From the IMG/VR virus record IMGVR_UViG_3300035135_001460, positions 1 through 45,523 of that record: a stretch of DNA of 45,523 bases. One strand, 5' to 3'. This document shows positions 43,081 through 45,523 of the stretch, in pieces. Position numbers and translations under genes: made by a program. Under the pieces are notes generated by a model that was not told where the DNA came from, made no database searches, and saw only the letters and a list, made by a program, of their open reading frames with translations. The stretch's first letter is position 1. Each line of letters begins with the position of its first letter. The DNA comes from a virus (Duplodnaviria; Caudoviricetes).

Positions 43081-43157
43081 GTATTATAAATGTTATTTTA
43101 AATATAGTTGTGTTTTCCACATGCTTGTGGAATACCTGTGGAAAAGAGTGTGGAATA
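43081..43157. other. AT-rich tract plus four DnaA-box-like 9-mers (oriC-like)
   Basis: TTTTCCACA 43113; TGTGGAATA 43126; TGTGGAAAA 43137; TGTGGAATA 43149; AT-rich 43082-43106; inside a ~470-bp ORF-free gap. Confidence 0.6.
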
Positions 43158-43262
43158 CCTCATAATGTCTGATAATGTGCGGAGGATCTTCTGTCTTAGC
43201 GTGCATTCTACCGATTGTCAACCCGTCTTATAAGACTCTCTGAGAACCCTGACATTGCCCCC

Positions 43263-43370
43263 TTGACATAATGCTCCCAGACCCTTATAATAACTCTGTG
43301 AGGTTTCAAAGGTCAGTCCCTATGAGGCATTCCGAGGAACTTGACAAAACTCCCAGTCCTGTAGTATTAT
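43263..43370 (+). promoter_or_regulatory. Two tandem sigma70 promoters upstream of tRNA-Leu
   Basis: TTGACA (43263) N17 TATAAT (43286); TTGACA (43341) N18 TATTAT (43365); both spacers contain CTCCCAG. Confidence 0.8.
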
Positions 43371-43456
43371 GATTTCTGAGGTTTTTATGAATTCTGAAAA
43401 ACTTATAGAATTACAGAAATTGTGAAAACTGAGAATTTATAAAAACCTCAGAAATC
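43371..43456. repeat. 25-bp inverted repeat with 36-nt loop
   Basis: GATTTCTGAGGTTTTTATGAATTCT (43371-43395) vs AGAATTTATAAAAACCTCAGAAATC (43432-43456), one G-U pair. Confidence 0.9.
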
Positions 43457-43516
43457 TTAAAAGTTAAGTATTTAAGAATTTCACAAAACTGTGGAAAACT
43501 TATACTTAACACTTTT

Positions 43517-43601
43517 GGGACTATGGTGAAATTGGTAAACACAACAGACTTAAAATCTGTCGGAGATTAACTCCTTGTCAGTTCAAGTCTGACTAGTCCT
43601 A
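43517..43601 (+). tRNA. trnL: tRNA-Leu (anticodon UAA)
   Basis: Acceptor GGGACTA/TAGTCCT, D-loop TGGTAAAC, ACAGA-CTTAAAA-TCTGT, long variable arm, GTTCAAGTC; no intron; CCA not encoded. Confidence 0.95.
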
Positions 43602-43655
43602 TAGAGAATATTATACTAAATATTCTCAAATTGATTACACTTTACAAAGACTAAA

Positions 43656-43814
43656 ATGTCTTCTTCTAACAAATTTGAGTACTATTTTGAGACTGCTGAT
43701 GGTACAAATCAAGAAGGATTTGTAACAGCAAATACTCACCAAAATGCTATTAAAAAGATCAAGAAGGAAAACAAAAAACTAAAGATTACCTATCTTGATG
43801 TTCAACCACTGTGA
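43656..43814 (+). CDS. Small hypothetical protein (52 aa, not in ORF track)
   Basis: Hand translation MSSSNKFEYYFETADGTNQEGFVTANTHQNAIKKIKKENKKLKITYLDVQPL*; GTGA overlap with next ORF. Confidence 0.6.
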   Translation: MSSSNKFEYYFETADGTNQEGFVTANTHQNAIKKIKKENKKLKITYLDVQPL

Positions 43815-44065
43815 AATTACGACCAATGACTATTGACAACTACGTTGTATGCGAAGGTTATGCATACTGGGAAAAGGATGGCAACTATTTCACAACAACC
43901 GTTGATGGCAAGAACAACATCAACTGGTCAAATGCTACTCGGATTGATATTAAATCCAGTGGTGGAATTGATATCGCTAATGTACATCAACTGTATGATT
44001 GCCTACATGGAATCAAAACAGCACAGCGACAGTTACTTAACGAAACTCGTAAAATTGCCGTTTAA
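43811..44065 (+). CDS. Hypothetical protein
   Basis: ORF coupled to upstream stop. Confidence 0.6.
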   Translation: MKLRPMTIDNYVVCEGYAYWEKDGNYFTTTVDGKNNINWSNATRIDIKSSGGIDIANVHQLYDCLHGIKTAQRQLLNETRKIAV

Positions 44066-44069
44066 TTCT

Positions 44070-44213
44070 ATGCATGAATCAACTCTAGATCTCTTCTGTG
44101 GTGATACTAACTCAGACGACGCTAAGTTAGCAGAAGAGTTTGCCAGTGAGATTGAACAAAAGGCAGCACATTTTGAAGTCACTGTTGACTACTACATGCA
44201 GGAGTTTATGTAA
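44070..44213 (+). CDS. Small acidic hypothetical protein
   Basis: MHESTLDLF...E.KAA.FEVTVDYY..EF; start at ATG 44070. Confidence 0.6.
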   Translation: MHESTLDLFCGDTNSDDAKLAEEFASEIEQKAAHFEVTVDYYMQEFM

Positions 44214-44231
44214 ACAATTGGTCAGCCGCCC

Positions 44232-44289
44232 GTGGACGGTTGCCATAGTGGCACAGTAGCATGGCACAGCACCCCAGATGGTGTATTGT
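44232..44289 (+). promoter_or_regulatory. Palindromic operator + -10 promoter (copy 7)
   Basis: GTGGACGGTT-GCCA-TAGTGGCACA; TATTGT at 44284. Confidence 0.6.
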
Positions 44290-44295
44290 AGGGAC

Positions 44296-44493
44296 ATGAA
44301 CAAAACCAACCCTCTCGCCTCTCTCTACACTAAAGAGATTGCACTCCTGGAACTTCAGGATTTCATGTTTGACATCATGCCTTCCCCCGAGATGGCGCTG
44401 GACTGGTTCTGCGACCGCTTCAGCGTGTCTGCGACGGATGACGTGATAGACTTCGTGCTGGATGCCCATGAGGGCATGTTTGCCGACCAGTGA
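44296..44493 (+). CDS. Small hypothetical early protein
   Basis: ATG 44296 after promoter copy 7. Confidence 0.6.
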   Translation: MNKTNPLASLYTKEIALLELQDFMFDIMPSPEMALDWFCDRFSVSATDDVIDFVLDAHEGMFADQ

Positions 44494-44541
44494 GACAAGT
44501 GGCACACACCCTGTTGTGCTGTGCCCGATCTCCTGTATTGT
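44483..44541 (+). promoter_or_regulatory. Palindromic operator + -10 promoter (copy 8)
   Basis: GACCAGTG-AGAC-AAGTGGCACA; TATTGT at 44536. Confidence 0.6.
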
Positions 44542-44568
44542 ATAGAAGTCAACCAAACGACACCAACC

Positions 44569-44895
44569 ATGCGTAAGATTGAATCCCTGATGAACCGCGC
44601 CATCGCCGCTGGCAAGGATTGGAAGAATGCTAACACCGAGGTGATCAACGCCGATGGCGTCTCCTCTGTGTATCTCCATGGCAACCTGATCGCTGAGATC
44701 ACTGATGAAGCGATGAAGATTTTTGACGGCGGTTGGCAGTCCAACACCACCAAGTCCCGTCTGAATGCCCTGCTGTCTGCCTTCGGTCATCATGGCGAGT
44801 GCGTCTATCAGTCCGACTGGACATGGTACATCCGCCTGTGGACTGGCGACGACTATGCTACCACAGAATTCCGCTCTGGTATGCGGTTGGCATAG
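44569..44895 (+). CDS. Conserved phage hypothetical protein
   Basis: MRKIE..M..AI...W...NT.V...VYLHGN.IA...DGGWQSNTTKSRLNALL; start at ATG 44569. Confidence 0.8.
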   Translation: MRKIESLMNRAIAAGKDWKNANTEVINADGVSSVYLHGNLIAEITDEAMKIFDGGWQSNTTKSRLNALLSAFGHHGECVYQSDWTWYIRLWTGDDYATTEFRSGMRLA

Positions 44896-44939
44896 TGTCA
44901 CACTGGGGGGAGCGATCCCCCCTCTCTTGTGCCTATAAT
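44879..44939 (+). promoter_or_regulatory. Palindromic operator + hairpin + -10 promoter (copy 9)
   Basis: ATGCGGTT-GGCA-TAGTGTCACA; GGGGGGA-GCGA-TCCCCCC; TATAAT at 44934. Confidence 0.6.
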
Positions 44940-44961
44940 GACTTCAGTTCCAAAAAACCTC

Positions 44962-45183
44962 ATGCTCAACGTCTCCTGCATCAGCCCCAGCGTCTCGCGA
45001 TCCGTCTGGACTCTCAAGGTCAACCCGCTGACTGGCACGTTCAAAGTTCGCTGGTTCAAGACTCCCTCGGCAGAGTACACCTACAAGACCCGCAAGCGTG
45101 ACATCGTGGCGCTGCTGCTCGCTGGTGATCGTTCCTTGGGACAGTGGGTGAACTATCACACAGGGTATCGCCGCCCCCGCTGA
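44962..45183 (+). CDS. KTSC-like small protein
   Basis: S.SV..L.V....GTFKV.W......Y.Y......ALL.....SLGQWVN pattern; start at ATG 44962. Confidence 0.55.
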   Translation: MLNVSCISPSVSRSVWTLKVNPLTGTFKVRWFKTPSAEYTYKTRKRDIVALLLAGDRSLGQWVNYHTGYRRPR

Positions 45184-45197
45184 TCATCCTGTAGAAT
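45137..45197 (+). promoter_or_regulatory. Palindromic operator + -10 promoter (copy 10)
   Basis: TGGGACAGTG-GGTG-AACTATCACA; TAGAAT at 45192. Confidence 0.55.
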
Positions 45198-45223
45198 TCT
45201 CACAAGCAAACAAAGCGAACCTC

Positions 45224-45409
45224 ATGGCACTCAAAGACTACGGCAACGGCATCCTAGCATCTTCTGACGATCTCGCTAGCATCGGTGAACTCTATATGAG
45301 GGAGGAGATGGAGCGTCAGAAGCAACGCGCCCTGCTTCGTGCTGCATTCCGTGACGGCAAGGCAGTGGATGGACAGTGGGGAAGCTGGAACATCAGCGAT
45401 CGCCACTGA
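45224..45409 (+). CDS. Small hypothetical early protein
   Basis: ORF after promoter copy 10. Confidence 0.65.
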   Translation: MALKDYGNGILASSDDLASIGELYMREEMERQKQRALLRAAFRDGKAVDGQWGSWNISDRH

Positions 45410-45427
45410 TCCCTGACCCCTTATAAT
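45369..45427 (+). promoter_or_regulatory. Palindromic operator + hairpin + -10 promoter (copy 11)
   Basis: ATGGACAGTG-GGGA-AGCTGGAACA; ATCAG..CTGAT; TATAAT at 45422. Confidence 0.6.
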
Positions 45428-45454
45428 TCAGAAGTACACCACACAGGACACACC

Positions 45455-45523
45455 ATGAACGGTTGGGCAAACTACGAAACCTGGAACGCTTCCCTCTGGA
45501 TCGGGAACGATGAATTCCTCTAC
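45455..45523 (+). CDS. Conserved phage hypothetical protein (3'-truncated)
   Basis: [23 protein letters not shown]; SD AGGA upstream. Confidence 0.7.
   Translation, partial: MNGWANYETWNASLWIGNDEFLY

Noticed and set aside
43193-43221. Minus-strand sigma70 promoter (TTGACA at 43221-43216)
   Set aside because: Corresponding -10 (TAAGAC) lacks the conserved final T and no minus-strand gene follows
44206-44901. 231-aa minus-strand ORF spanning several early genes
   Set aside because: Crosses + strand genes and promoters in a GC-richer stretch where long shadow ORFs are expected
45396-45403. HIP1 octamer GCGATCGC
   Set aside because: Only one copy noticed; no sign of enrichment
29429-45427. Repeated palindromes as a CRISPR array or integron attC-like sites
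   Set aside because: Irregular spacing with whole genes between copies, no integrase or cas gene, and a consistent link to -10 boxes favour promoter elements

Overview
This is a 45.5-kb segment of a T4-like marine cyanomyovirus genome, probably infecting Synechococcus or Prochlorococcus. From left to right it holds: (1) a replication/transcription block (phoH end, exonuclease, gp33, gp59, gp32); (2) a phosphate-stress cassette (Pho box, DUF680-type gene, pstS); (3) the baseplate/tail module (gp53, gp48, gp2, gp4, gp54, gp26, gp51, three large tape-measure-like genes carrying muralytic domains, a gp27-like hub, a split gp5, speD, a 1887-aa tail fibre); (4) a VWA/CobS-like AAA pair; and (5) an accessory/early region of small ORFs with five 2OG-Fe(II) oxygenase-like genes, cp12, tRNA-Ser(UGA) and tRNA-Leu(UAA). 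Most interesting signals: a canonical -1 frameshift site with stimulatory hairpin joining gp26 to gp51 just upstream of the tape-measure-like genes; a stand-alone ~50-nt sRNA unit complementary to the host Yfr1 motif; an oriC-like cluster of DnaA boxes; and 11 copies of a palindromic operator at near-fixed spacing upstream of -10 boxes. All family assignments come from motif recognition and synteny by eye; no database search was run.
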